A stretch of 64,000 bases of DNA. It comes from an uncultured delta proteobacterium (GTDB taxonomy: Bacteria > Desulfobacterota > RBG-13-43-22). A model generated the notes under the pieces. It searched no databases. It saw only the letters and a list, made by a program, of their open reading frames with translations, and was not told the origin of the DNA. The DNA is taken from the NCBI GenBank assembly GCA_963743305.1, contig CAVUPH010000007.1, positions 224,001-288,000 of the forward strand, written 5' to 3'. Shown in pieces: positions 1 to 10,063 of this stretch. The translations under genes were made by a program, and so were the position numbers. How positions within the stretch are numbered: the first letter of the stretch is position 1; each line of letters starts with the position of its first letter.

Positions 1-2532
1 ATCCAAAACGGTGATCTTCAAGCCCTCCGGATCAACGGTCACCCGAGGTTTGCTTTCCAACGAGTAGCGAATGAAGATGATCCCCGCCTGGCGGGCCTGT
101 TTGTAGAGATCCTCCCGTTCCCCATAGGTTCGCAGATCGCGGTAAAGGATATAGATGTCCCGTTCGGGGTTTTCTTCCTTTAGTTTCAGGGCCGAGTGAA
201 CCGAATGGGTGCAACAGACCCGGCTGCAGTAAGGCCGTTCCGGTTCGCGGGAACCCACGCATTGAATAAAAGCCACGGAATTGGCTTTTTCCACCAAAGG
301 ATCTTTTTCGGCCATCTTTTGGTCCAACTCCAGATGGGTCATTACCCGTGGATCCTGGCCGTAGGCGTATTCCTCAGGTTTGAGCTCCTGGGCCCCGGTG
401 GCGATGACCACAATGCCATGCCGGAGATCGATCGGGTCGGAAGCGTCGTCGACCCGGACCAGTCGGGTTGTGAATTGGCCTACGAAGCCGCCCGCATCGA
501 GGATACGGTGTCCCAGGTAGGTCTTGATCTGGGGATGTTCTTCCACTTTTCTAATAAGTCCGGCTAGATAGGTTTGGATGTCTTCTCCGCGCCAGGTAGT
601 GTTCAACTGCAGGGCCTGGCCGCCAAGACGAGAGGCTTTATCCACCAGGTAGACCGGGTAGCCCTGATCGGCCAATTCCAAGGCGGCCGTAAGTCCGGCT
701 ATTCCTCCTCCAACCACCAAACCGGAATGGGTAACTTCCACCAGGGTATCCTGCAGGGGTTCCAAAAGTGACGCCTTGGCCACAGCCATGCGAACCAGGT
801 CTTTGGCTTTGACGGTAGCGGCCTCCGGGTCATTGGAATGGACCCAGGAGTTCTGGTTACGAATGTTGGCCATTTCAAAGAGATACTTGTTCAGGCCCGA
901 ATCGATCAAGGTTTCCTGAAAAAGAGGTTCGTGGGTTCGAGGGGTACAGGCCGCCACCACAATGCGGTTAAGCCGGTTGTCGCGGATAACCCCCTTGATT
1001 TTTTCCTGGGTATCCTGGGAACAGGAAAAAAGGTTTTCATCCACCAATTCCACATAAGGCAGGGTCCTGGCGTATTCCACCACCTCGGGCACCCGAACGA
1101 CCCCGGCGATATTGATGCCGCAATCACAGACAAAAACCCCGATCCGAGGGCGTTCACCGGCCACTACTCGGGGCTTGGGGACCTGTTTTTCGCTGGTCAG
1201 GGTATTTCGGGCCGAAGCCAAATTGCGAGCCGCGGCGCAGGCGGCGGCGCTGGCCTCGATGACCGATTGAGGGATGTCTTTCGGGCCCTGCACCACCCCG
1301 CAGGCATAAATCCCCGAGACCGAGGTTTCCACCGGGGTGAAACTGCTTTTTTCCACGAACTGGTTGGCATTCACCCCGATCCCCAGTTTCTGGAAAAGAT
1401 CCAGGCTCTCTTTGGGGGTTTCCAGTCCCACGGAGAGGACGACCATATCAAAATCTTCGGTGACCACCTGGCCGTTTTCGGTAATATAGGAGATGCGTAA
1501 GTCGTTGCTCTCGGGCAACGGGTCCACCGTATGGATCCGGGATCGGATAAACCGGATTCCCTGATCCTTGGCTTTGTTGTAATAACGTTCGAAGTCTTTG
1601 CCGTGGGAGCGGATATCCATGAAAAAGACAGTGGCCTCCAAGTCCTCTTTGCTGTGTTCCTTGGAAATCATAGCCTCTTTGATGGCGTACATGCAGCAGA
1701 CGGCCGAGCAGTATCCATGGTCGCAGTGATTGATGTCCCGGGAACCCACGCATTGCAGCCAGGCGATTTTTTTCGGTTCCTTGTGATCGGAGGGTCGGAC
1801 CAGGTGACCCATGAAGGGACCGGAGGCGGCCAGGATCCGCTCGTATTCCATGGCCGTGACCACGTTGGGCATTTTGGCGTAAGCATAAGCGTCATACAGG
1901 GTGGGATCGTAGCATTTGAATCCCGACGACAAAATGATGGAGCCCACCGACAAGCTCAATTCTTTGGGCTGCTCTTGAAAATTTACCGCCTGAGTGGGGC
2001 AAAACTTTTCGCAGGCCCGGCACTTACCTTTAAGAAAATAAATACAATTTCCGGAATCGATGACGTATTTCAGGGGTACGGCCTGGGCATACTGGACATA
2101 AGCCGCCTTGCGGGGCCCTAAGCCCTCGTTATATTCGTCCTTGATTCTCTGGGGGCACTTTTCAGAACAGAGACCGCAGGCGATACATTTGTCCATATCG
2201 ATATACCTGGGCTTTTGCAGTACCTGGACTTCGAAATTCCCTTCTTCCCCGGAGATGGCGGTAAGTTCCGCCATAGTAAGCAATTCGATGTTGATGTGTC
2301 GGCCGACCTCGACCAACTTGGGTGAGATAATTCACATGGCGCAATCATTGGTGGGGAAGGTCTTGTCCAACTGGGACATTCCGCCGCCAATGGAGGCCGA
2401 TTTCTCCACTAAATAAACGTAAAAACCGGAGTTGGCTAAATCCAGGGCGGCTTGCATACCGGCAATACCACCGCCAACGACCAGCACCGCTCCCACCTTG
2501 TCGGTACGGGAATGTTTTTTAGGTGCAACCAT
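1..2532 (-). CDS. hdrA: Large heterodisulfide reductase subunit A family flavoprotein (two HdrA-like modules), selenocysteine-containing; 3' end outside window
   Basis: N-term VLVVGGGIAGMQAALDLA..LDKTFPTNDCAM, in-frame TGA at 2332-2334, then IISPKLVEVGRH. The same frame gives GVFVCDCGINIAGVV, a second GLVVGGGIAGLTAALELA (~680-730) and FIQCVGSREPERPYCSRVCC (~205-270) up to the window edge. Confidence 0.9.
2298..2317 (-). promoter_or_regulatory. Putative bacterial SECIS hairpin
   Basis: GUUGGUCG-AGGU-CGGCCGAC, an 8-bp stem with a G-containing loop starting 14 nt after the in-frame UGA. Confidence 0.7.
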
Positions 2533-2625
2533 TAGGTACTCCTGTCCATTGAAATCAATAAGTTGTGATGTTATATAACGTACAAGAAATTTTTATGTCA
2601 AACAAAAAGTTTCCTTTCAAGGGGG

Positions 2626-3159
2626 CTATTCTATAACTACTTGATCTGATTGGTTTAGTTCCTTAAAATAGACGTTGACCCGCTCTTCGGGGCGGATCTG
2701 GACCAGGGTCCCGGTATAGTCGGCGCAGATGGGTAATTCCCGCCCTCCCCGATCGACCAGGACGACCAGGGCGATCCGTCGCGGGCGACCGAAATCGATC
2801 AGGGCATCCAGGGCGGCCCTGACGGTCCGGCCGGTGTATAGGACGTCGTCCACCAAAATAACGACTTTATTGTCCAGAGAGACCGGCACATCGGTTTTCC
2901 CGACAATGGGTTTATGGTTGATGCGGGTCCAATCGTCCCGGTAGAGGGTGATGTCCAGAACTCCGGTGACCACCTCTGTTTCTCTTTGGGAGAGGATCAA
3001 CTCCCGGAGGCGGTCGGCCAGAAATGCCCCTCCGGTCCGAATACCGATGAGAATCAAGTCAGCGGAGTCAGGAAAGTCCGCCAGAATTCTATCAGTTATG
3101 GTTTCCAGGGTCGACTGGATTCCCTGAGCATCGAGAATGGTCTTCTTTTTGCCCTTCAT
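2626..3159 (-). CDS. pyrR: PyrR bifunctional pyrimidine regulator/uracil phosphoribosyltransferase
   Basis: LDITLYRDD, VILVDDVLYTGRTVRAALDAL and LVDRGGRELPI motifs; ATG at 3159 chosen. Confidence 0.93.
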   Translation of the reverse strand: MKGKKKTILDAQGIQSTLETITDRILADFPDSADLILIGIRTGGAFLADRLRELILSQRETEVVTGVLDITLYRDDWTRINHKPIVGKTDVPVSLDNKVVILVDDVLYTGRTVRAALDALIDFGRPRRIALVVLVDRGGRELPICADYTGTLVQIRPEERVNVYFKELNQSDQVVIE

Positions 3160-3349
3160 CAGTATCCCCAACCACTAATAATTATTAAAAAAATGCTTCA
3201 ATAACATATACCGACCCGAGGGTCAAGCAAATACTGTACTTTTTTTCTCAAAGTCGAAGAGCGGCTGAAAGGCGAACTTAGTTTTATTAGAGGAAATGAT
3301 TGAAAAAAATAGCGGAAGGCCTTACACTTGGAAATTAATTGATGACTTC

Positions 3350-4099
3350 ATGAATTCTTCAGATCCTAAAAAGCTTAACCCCTTACAGGCCCAGCTCCAA
3401 TATGTTTTTAAGAACCCGGAACTATTGATTCAGGCCTTGACCCACCGGTCTTATGCCCATGAAGATGGAGATCCGGGAACCGTACACAATGAGCGGCTGG
3501 AGTTTTTAGGGGATACGGTCCTGGGTTTGGTGCTGAGCCATCTGCTCTACCAGATGTTTCCCGATCTTTCCGAGGGGGAGCTTTCCAGATTGCGGGCCGG
3601 TTTGGTCAACGAACAGCAACTGAAACTATTGGCCCAGGGCTTGAAACTGGGGAAATATCTTCGATTGGGCCGAGGGGAAGAGGTCACCGGCGGCCGCAAG
3701 AAGTCCTCCCTGTTGGCTGATGCTTTGGAGGCCATCCTCGGAGCGGTCTACTTGGAGGGTGGCTATGATCAGGCCTTCCGGTTGATCCGGGACCTGTACC
3801 GGCCCCGTTTGGTAGCGGGCCAAGAGGTTTCGGGTCCGGCCCTGGATTCTAAAACCGATTTACAGGAATATTGCCAGGGTTGTTTGAAGATCACCCCTAC
3901 CTATGAGGTGATTCGAGAGGAAGGGCCCGCCCATGAAAAAGTTTTTTACGTGAAGGTCCGAATTGGGAAGCAGGTCATCGGGCAGGGGAAAGGACATTCC
4001 AAAAAAATGGCGGAACAGCAGGCGGCCGAGAGGGCTATGGTTAAGATCAGGAAAAAGGACCCGTCAGGGTTAAGGACGCTACTCTATCAAGATTCTTAA
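3350..4099 (+). CDS. rnc: Ribonuclease III
   Basis: ALTHRSY..NERLEFLGD signature, ADALEAILGAVY, C-terminal dsRBD (KTDLQE..GKGHSKKMAEQQAA); start uncertain (3296 or 3350). Confidence 0.95.
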   Translation: MNSSDPKKLNPLQAQLQYVFKNPELLIQALTHRSYAHEDGDPGTVHNERLEFLGDTVLGLVLSHLLYQMFPDLSEGELSRLRAGLVNEQQLKLLAQGLKLGKYLRLGRGEEVTGGRKKSSLLADALEAILGAVYLEGGYDQAFRLIRDLYRPRLVAGQEVSGPALDSKTDLQEYCQGCLKITPTYEVIREEGPAHEKVFYVKVRIGKQVIGQGKGHSKKMAEQQAAERAMVKIRKKDPSGLRTLLYQDS

Positions 4100-4142
4100 A
4101 TCCGAAATTCGGATTTCGAGTCTGAACCCAGGGAGGTTATCA

Positions 4143-5237
4143 CTGATTAAACCCGCACCCTTCGTCATCCCTATCTTCCTTCCCCAGTGGGGCTGCCCTT
4201 TCCGCTGTATTTACTGCCATCAGGAAAAAATCACCCAAACCATTCGACCTGAGATTCATTGGGCGGATTTTTCTGCCCTGGTGGAATCCGGATTGAATTC
4301 CCGGCGGCGGTCTCCCGGTCAGCGGGTTGAGCTGGCCTTCTATGGCGGGACTTTCACCCTGCTTCCCGCGGCAGTCCGAGAGGCCTTGCTCGCCTGGGCC
4401 GCTCACTACATCCGGGAAGGGAGGGTAGCGGCCATCCGCTTCTCTACACGTCCCGATGCCCTGTCAGAGAAGGTTCTAGTGCGCATAAAAGCTGCTGGGG
4501 TGGAAACGGTCGAACTGGGGGTCCAGTCCCTGAATGATCAGGCCCTGGAGCGCTCCCAAAGGGGGTATTCCGTCGAGAATTGTTTCCAAGCCGTTCGGCT
4601 GTTAAAAAAATTTTCTCTGGCCGTGGGGATCCAGTTGATGGCTGGTCTGCCCGGCGATACCCCGGAAGAATTCAAGCAGACCATCCGGGAGGTAAGAGGC
4701 CTGAAGCCGGACCTGGTCCGGATTTATCCCACCCTGGTATTTCCCGAAACGGTTCTGGCCCGGTGGTATGAAACAGGGCATTACACCCCCTTGGCCCTGG
4801 AGGAGGCCGTTTCTCTCTGCTGTTGGGCGGTGGGTCGCCTGGAAAAAGCGGGCATTCCGGTCATTCGGCTGGGCCTTCAAAACCACGTGCGAATGTCCCC
4901 GGGCAAAGACTTCTTGGCCGGTCCCTATCACCCGGCTTTTGGCGACCTGGTTCGCGGAGAATTGTTTTTGATGAAGATCAAAGAGGATTTAAACCGGCGA
5001 AACATTTTCCGGGAGACCGATCTTGAACTGCGGGTATCCGGACGGGATGTGGGATACTTGACCGGAAATAAAGGGGAAAACCTGAGAAAACTGAAAACCG
5101 ATCTGGGAATCTCACAGTTGCAGGTTGGGACCGATTCCACACTGCCGCGCGGAAGCTGGGAACTTCGGTCGGCTCGGCTTGCCGAAGTGGCAATGAATTA
5201 TACTTCCATGCCCGGAGCGGGTATCCTCGAAGCTTGA
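4143..5237 (+). CDS. Radical SAM protein (Elp3/YhcC-like) with probable non-canonical start
   Basis: In-frame IPIFLPQWGCPFRCIYCHQ (CxxxCxxC) upstream of the track GTG at 4281; AFYGGTFT, STRPD, VELGVQS, RIYPTLV motifs; GGAGG at 4132-4136 before CTG 4143. Confidence 0.85.
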   Translation: MIKPAPFVIPIFLPQWGCPFRCIYCHQEKITQTIRPEIHWADFSALVESGLNSRRRSPGQRVELAFYGGTFTLLPAAVREALLAWAAHYIREGRVAAIRFSTRPDALSEKVLVRIKAAGVETVELGVQSLNDQALERSQRGYSVENCFQAVRLLKKFSLAVGIQLMAGLPGDTPEEFKQTIREVRGLKPDLVRIYPTLVFPETVLARWYETGHYTPLALEEAVSLCCWAVGRLEKAGIPVIRLGLQNHVRMSPGKDFLAGPYHPAFGDLVRGELFLMKIKEDLNRRNIFRETDLELRVSGRDVGYLTGNKGENLRKLKTDLGISQLQVGTDSTLPRGSWELRSARLAEVAMNYTSMPGAGILEA

Positions 5238-5262
5238 AGATACAATGACTCGCCAGCAAAGA

Positions 5263-5359
5263 CGTCATGGCGAGGAGTGGAGCGACGAAGCCATCCCCCA
5301 CGGCCTTCCGGCTCTCTCTAAGCAGTGGATGGGGATTACTTCGCTCCGTCCGCAATAAC
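5263..5359. repeat. REP/RPE-like palindromic element, family GTCATTGCGAG..GCAATGAC, copy 1 (degenerate)
   Basis: cgtcatggcgaggagtggagcgacgaagccatcccc ... ggggattacttcgctccgtccgcaataac; homologous to 8015-8112 and 63551-63647. Confidence 0.75.
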
Positions 5360-5404
5360 CATTGCTGGGGCTATTCTATTTTAAAACCGGAGGTCTAAAC
5401 CATC

Positions 5405-6301
5405 ATGTCCTATCAATCCGGATTCGTAGCCATCATCGGGGCGCCCAACGTGGGCAAGTCTACCCTGATGAATGCCCTGTTGGGCCAGAAAATTTCCATT
5501 GTATCTCCCAAACCCCAGACTACCCGCAACCGGATTCTGGGGGTTAAACACCTTCCCGGCGGCCAGATTATTTTTCTGGACACCCCCGGCCTATTTTCCG
5601 CTACCAGCCTGTTGGATCGAAACATTGTGCAGGCGGCCCTGAAAACGTTGAGCGAGGTCAATTTGGTCCTGCTCATGATTGAGCCCTTTTCGGGGACGGT
5701 GCAGCTTCCCGAAACCACGGCCGGCCGGATAGAAATCAGGGAGACCCCGGTTTTCCTGATTATCAACAAGGTAGACCTGATTGATAAAGCGAGATTGCTG
5801 CCGTTGATCGAAAAGGCTAGCCGGGCTTTCCCCTTTAAGGAGATCATTCCCTTGTCGGCCCTGACCGGGGATGGTCTGGCCTTGCTGGAAAAGGAAATTC
5901 TGGCCTTGCTTCCCGAAGGTCCTCAATATTTTCCCGATGATATGATTACGGATTTGCCGGAACAATTCCTGGTGGAAGAACTGATCCGGGAAAAGGTTTT
6001 TCGGTTGCTTTCCAAAGAGGTCCCTTACGCGGCGGCGGTGACGGTGGATTCCTTCCAGCGGCGCGAAGATAAACCGATCATCCATATCCAGGCCACCATC
6101 CATGTGGAAAGGGACTCTCAAAAAGGGATTCTGATCGGCAAGGGCGGCCAGCTTTTGAAAAAGATCGGTCAATCGGCCCGGGAAAGCATGGAGCCCCTTT
6201 TGGGCAGCCAGGTCTTTTTGGAGCTATGGGTGCGGGTGGAAAAGAACTGGAGAAAAAATCCGAAATTGATCAAACGATTCGGCTACGAAGGGGAAAGGTG
6301 A
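5405..6301 (+). CDS. era: GTPase Era
   Basis: SGFVAIIGAPNVGKSTL, KPQTTR, DTPG, NKVD and KH domain (SQKGILIGKGG). Confidence 0.97.
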   Translation: MSYQSGFVAIIGAPNVGKSTLMNALLGQKISIVSPKPQTTRNRILGVKHLPGGQIIFLDTPGLFSATSLLDRNIVQAALKTLSEVNLVLLMIEPFSGTVQLPETTAGRIEIRETPVFLIINKVDLIDKARLLPLIEKASRAFPFKEIIPLSALTGDGLALLEKEILALLPEGPQYFPDDMITDLPEQFLVEELIREKVFRLLSKEVPYAAAVTVDSFQRREDKPIIHIQATIHVERDSQKGILIGKGGQLLKKIGQSARESMEPLLGSQVFLELWVRVEKNWRKNPKLIKRFGYEGER

Positions 6302-6369
6302 TTTTTCGGTTGAGTTCAAGGCGGGCCGGTGTTAAGAATAAGTGGATTCCTGGTTCAAAGGAGGAAAAA

Positions 6370-6696
6370 ATGATTACCCCGTTATTGGTATCCCTATTGG
6401 CTTTATGCTTATGGATTCCGACTGCCGTCCAGGCCCAGTCCAGATGCAAATTGGCCACCGCCTGGAGTGCCACCAGTTTTGACGAAAAGGAATGCCTGGA
6501 ACATGCCGAAAAGGCCCTTCGCAAAACCGGATATTATAAGAATTTCTCGGTGGTCAACCAATCCATATTTGGCGCCAACGAAGAAGATGAGCAGGCCTCG
6601 GCCCGCTGCATCACTTCTAAAGGATTGGTTTTTTTTGTGGTAGCCGGGTCGGGCTCCTCGGGTGAGCGGGTGGAGCGGATCAAAAGAAACTACTAA
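6370..6696 (+). CDS. Small exported hypothetical protein
   Basis: GGAGGA RBS before ATG 6370, signal peptide ending AVQA, three Cys in the mature region. Confidence 0.65.
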   Translation: MITPLLVSLLALCLWIPTAVQAQSRCKLATAWSATSFDEKECLEHAEKALRKTGYYKNFSVVNQSIFGANEEDEQASARCITSKGLVFFVVAGSGSSGERVERIKRNY

Positions 6697-6715
6697 AAGA
6701 ATACTTCCGGTCCCA

Positions 6716-6751
6716 TAAAAAAAGCCCCTGGAGGTTTCCAGGGGCTTTTTT
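6716..6751. terminator. Bidirectional rho-independent terminator
   Basis: aaaaaaagcccctgga-ggtt-tccaggggctttttt between convergent genes. Confidence 0.9.
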
Positions 6752-6767
6752 GTGATTCAGTGAAGGG

Positions 6768-7913
6768 TTACTTCTGCGGTTTGCCCATCACCTCGGAAAA
6801 AAAGGTATCGTCCAATAACTTGCCTTCGGCGATGTTCTGGCGATACTTGATGAAGTCGATCACATCCTGACCGGTGATCTTCTTGGTATTGAAGGCCCCA
6901 AAGCCGAGGAAAGCCTCACCCATCATGTTGGCCGCCAACCAATGGCGATTGTAGTTCTTTGAATAATCCCAGAAGAATTTCTTTTTGGCCCGGATGGAGT
7001 CGATCGATTTGATCAGGCATCCCGGGAAAAGGTTGGCAAAGGTCCAGACCACCTTGTCCACTTCGGCATCCAGGAGGGCGAAGTCATAGTCATTGGCTTT
7101 CAGCTTCCCGCCTACCCATTCCCTGGCTTTTTTAAATTCATCTCCTTTTTTGAATTCCCCGTAAACGATCTCGCCATCGACCACATACTGATCGGTAATG
7201 ACCTGGGGATTGCGGACCCACTTCCCAGCTTCGTCCTTCAATACCGGTACGCACTTGGAGATCAGGGTCTTGGCCTTCATCTTGTAAGCGCTCCACATCT
7301 CGCAGCTAACGCAGTTCCACATGGCGTCTTCCATGCTCAGAAACCAGGGCAGGAAGTCGGAGGAACCGCCGTCCGGGGCGGAACCGTGCCGCGGCCCGGC
7401 CTGTCCATAAATGGCCAGATCCGAAGAGATGGCCAGATCGCAGGCCATGCCGATTTCCTGACCACCGGCTACGCGCATACCGTTGACCCGGGAAATCACC
7501 GGTTTCTTACAGGCCAGGATGGCGTCGACCATGTTATTGAAGAGTTCCATATAGGCCCCATATTCTTCCGGCCGACGGCTGTAGTATTCGGAATATTCCT
7601 TGGTGTTGCCGCCGGTGCAGAAGGCAAAGGGTCCCGTGCCGGTAAAGATGACACAGACCACCGAGCGGTCGGTGGAAGCGTTTTCAAAGCCGGCGATGAC
7701 GCCTTTGACCATCTCGGTAGTATAGGAATTGTACTGGGCCGGGTTGTTCAGCGTAATCCAGGAGACATACAACCCGGGGACGACATTTCCCTTCGGGTCT
7801 TTTAACGGCCTTTTTTCATAAATGGTGCAGGGCGCCTGGGTTCCCCAATGCTCGGCACTATAGCGGTCATGATTCTTTTCCTCGTTTTCTCTTGGCATCC
7901 ATTCGATTCCCAT
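6768..7913 (-). CDS. oah: 6-oxocyclohex-1-ene-1-carbonyl-CoA hydrolase (Oah/BamA)
   Basis: Crotonase fold with family-specific WITLNNPAQYNSYTTEMVKGVI, FCTGGNTKEY, GQAGPRHGSAPDGG. Confidence 0.93.
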   Translation of the reverse strand: MGIEWMPRENEEKNHDRYSAEHWGTQAPCTIYEKRPLKDPKGNVVPGLYVSWITLNNPAQYNSYTTEMVKGVIAGFENASTDRSVVCVIFTGTGPFAFCTGGNTKEYSEYYSRRPEEYGAYMELFNNMVDAILACKKPVISRVNGMRVAGGQEIGMACDLAISSDLAIYGQAGPRHGSAPDGGSSDFLPWFLSMEDAMWNCVSCEMWSAYKMKAKTLISKCVPVLKDEAGKWVRNPQVITDQYVVDGEIVYGEFKKGDEFKKAREWVGGKLKANDYDFALLDAEVDKVVWTFANLFPGCLIKSIDSIRAKKKFFWDYSKNYNRHWLAANMMGEAFLGFGAFNTKKITGQDVIDFIKYRQNIAEGKLLDDTFFSEVMGKPQK

Positions 7914-8014
7914 AAAATATTCCTCCTTGTTTTTTAAGTTTTATAAGCAATCATCCCTAGCCAAAAATATTTGAAATATTTTTGGCTAAAATAAAAACCA
8001 CTTTAAAAAGAAAC

Positions 8015-8112
8015 CGTCATTGCGAGCGAAGCGAAGCAATCTCCCGGTCGAGCTTCCGGAAAAGAATACACTTGGCGGGGGATTGCTTCGTCGCTTCACT
8101 TCTCGCAATGAC
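8015..8112. repeat. REP/RPE-like palindromic element, copy 2
   Basis: cgtcattgcgagcgaagcgaagcaatctc ... gggattgcttcgtcgcttcacttctcgcaatgac. Confidence 0.85.
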
Positions 8113-8152
8113 CTAGAAAAGCAAAGTTGTGTCCAACAATCATCCTGGAATG

Positions 8153-9265
8153 TTATTTAAAATCCGGCGTCAGAACGATCCGCTTAGCCGGGGAACCGGC
8201 CTTATGCACTTCGGCGAATGTCTCGGCAATGGTGCTCATGGGCCGGGTTTCCACAAAAGGACCGATGTCTATTTTTTTGGACAACACCATATCCAGAACA
8301 ATGGGGTAATATTCCGGCAAACAGCCCCAAGTGCCGATGATTTCCGCGTCAAAGGCCATGAGCCGACCCAGCGCATATTCGGTCTTAGCCATAGTGAAAC
8401 CGACGATGATCAGTTTTCCGGTGAAGCCCAGCAGGGCCAGCCCGATCTCCTGGCCGCCCTTGGTGCCACTGATCTCAAAGATCTTCCAGCCGAAGCCCGG
8501 CAGGCCGTTGCTTTTGCAAAGTTCACGAAATTCCTTGGAAACGGCCCCGGCGTCCTTGTCCTTGGAGTTGATCACCAAGTCCGCTCCGTGTTTAAGCGCT
8601 CGCTGTAATTTCGCCTCGTTCCGGGCAATACCGATGACCGTCTTGGCCCCCAGGGCCTTGGCCATTTGACCCATATATTGTCCCACGCCCCCGGTAATCC
8701 CGACAATCACCACATTGTCGCCGGGCTGAAGATCGGCTCTCTTAGCCGCCTGATACGGGGTGGTTCCGGCATCGGCCACCACCGCCAGATGGGCTAAGGG
8801 AAAATCGCCCCGGCCTTTGACCTCACAGAGATCGACACTGGGGACCGGAATATGGCTGGAGAAGCCGCCGTATAGACCCAAGCTGTTCCCGGGCATCTGC
8901 TGTTTCAGGCAGCGGTTTCCCCGACTGGTCTTGCAGAGGATGCACTGACGGCAGGGCATGACCGCCGGGATAATCACTTCTTTGCCCATCCAGAACTTAT
9001 CGCCGGCCACCACGGTCCCGGCAATTTCGTGGCCCAGGGTCAGGGGGGGCTTGGACACGGTGGGTACGCCATCATAGAAATAGCCCAGGTCGGTGTGGCA
9101 AACGCCGCACCCGGCTACCTCAACCAGCACTTCCCCGGGTTTTAATTCCGGGACCGGTATTTCCTTCAATTCCAGTTTTCCCGGGGTGGTCTCTTTGGTT
9201 TCCTTGTTATAGACAGTCGGTTGAACCATCTGCCAGGTCTTAATCACGGTAGGTATCTCGGCCAT
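8153..9265 (-). CDS. had: 6-hydroxycyclohex-1-ene-1-carbonyl-CoA dehydrogenase (Had/BamQ)
   Basis: Zn-ADH motifs CGVCHTDL, GHE, CRQCILC..C; YYDGVPT-like segment, RLMAFDA, GTWGCLPEYYP; adjacent to oah. Confidence 0.9.
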   Translation of the reverse strand: MAEIPTVIKTWQMVQPTVYNKETKETTPGKLELKEIPVPELKPGEVLVEVAGCGVCHTDLGYFYDGVPTVSKPPLTLGHEIAGTVVAGDKFWMGKEVIIPAVMPCRQCILCKTSRGNRCLKQQMPGNSLGLYGGFSSHIPVPSVDLCEVKGRGDFPLAHLAVVADAGTTPYQAAKRADLQPGDNVVIVGITGGVGQYMGQMAKALGAKTVIGIARNEAKLQRALKHGADLVINSKDKDAGAVSKEFRELCKSNGLPGFGWKIFEISGTKGGQEIGLALLGFTGKLIIVGFTMAKTEYALGRLMAFDAEIIGTWGCLPEYYPIVLDMVLSKKIDIGPFVETRPMSTIAETFAEVHKAGSPAKRIVLTPDFK

Positions 9266-9310
9266 ATTGATCTCTCCTTTACATTGGGGTTAATTTATTG
9301 ACTTTTTGCA

Positions 9311-10063
9311 CTAGATCATCCCGTATCCGCCGTCTACGCAGAGCAACTGGCCGGTGATGTAATTGGCCTCATCGGAGGCCAGAAAGACGAAGGCCGGGGT
9401 AATGTCGTCCGGTTCGGCGAAACGCTCCAGCAGTATCCGGCGCATGTAGATTTCTTTTAATTTTTCGTCGCTGCGGATTTTTTCGGTCATATCCGTAGCC
9501 ACGATCCCCAGAGAAATAACATTGACGCAGATATTGTAGCGGGCCAGTTCTCGGGCTGCCGATTTGGTAAAGGAGAGCAGTCCCCCCTTGGCGGCGCTGT
9601 AATTGATCTGCCCGACTGTTCCCACCAGGCCGGCTACGGAGGTGACATTGATCATTTTGCCGCTTTTTTGTTCTTTCATGATCTGGGCGGCTGCCTGGGT
9701 ACAAAGAAAGGCCCCTTTTAAATGCAGATCCACTACCTGATCCCACTGTTCCTCGGTCATCTTGAGTAACATGGCCGGTTTGGAAAAGCCGGCGTTATTC
9801 ACCAGGATATCCAGACGTCCGAAATGGTCCTTGGCGCTCTGGATCACGGCCGTAGCTTCTTCTTTCTTGGCCACATCGCCCTGAATTTTAACGGCTTTCC
9901 GTCCCAAAGCCTCAATTTCCCGAACTACCTGGTCGGCGGCGGCTTCATTCGAGGCGTAATTGACCACCACATTCGCGCCTTCACGGGCATACGCTAAGGC
10001 TATGGCCCGACCAACTCCCCGGCTGGCGCCGGTGACCACTGCAATTTTATCTTTTAAACGCAT
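9311..10063 (-). CDS. SDR oxidoreductase (FabG-like 3-oxoacyl reductase)
   Basis: TGASRGVG, NNAG, YSAAK motifs. Confidence 0.9.
   Translation of the reverse strand: MRLKDKIAVVTGASRGVGRAIALAYAREGANVVVNYASNEAAADQVVREIEALGRKAVKIQGDVAKKEEATAVIQSAKDHFGRLDILVNNAGFSKPAMLLKMTEEQWDQVVDLHLKGAFLCTQAAAQIMKEQKSGKMINVTSVAGLVGTVGQINYSAAKGGLLSFTKSAARELARYNICVNVISLGIVATDMTEKIRSDEKLKEIYMRRILLERFAEPDDITPAFVFLASDEANYITGQLLCVDGGYGMI

Noticed and set aside
3160-3295. PyrR-binding attenuator
   Set aside because: No AGUCC-NGNGA-GGCU-type loop seen.
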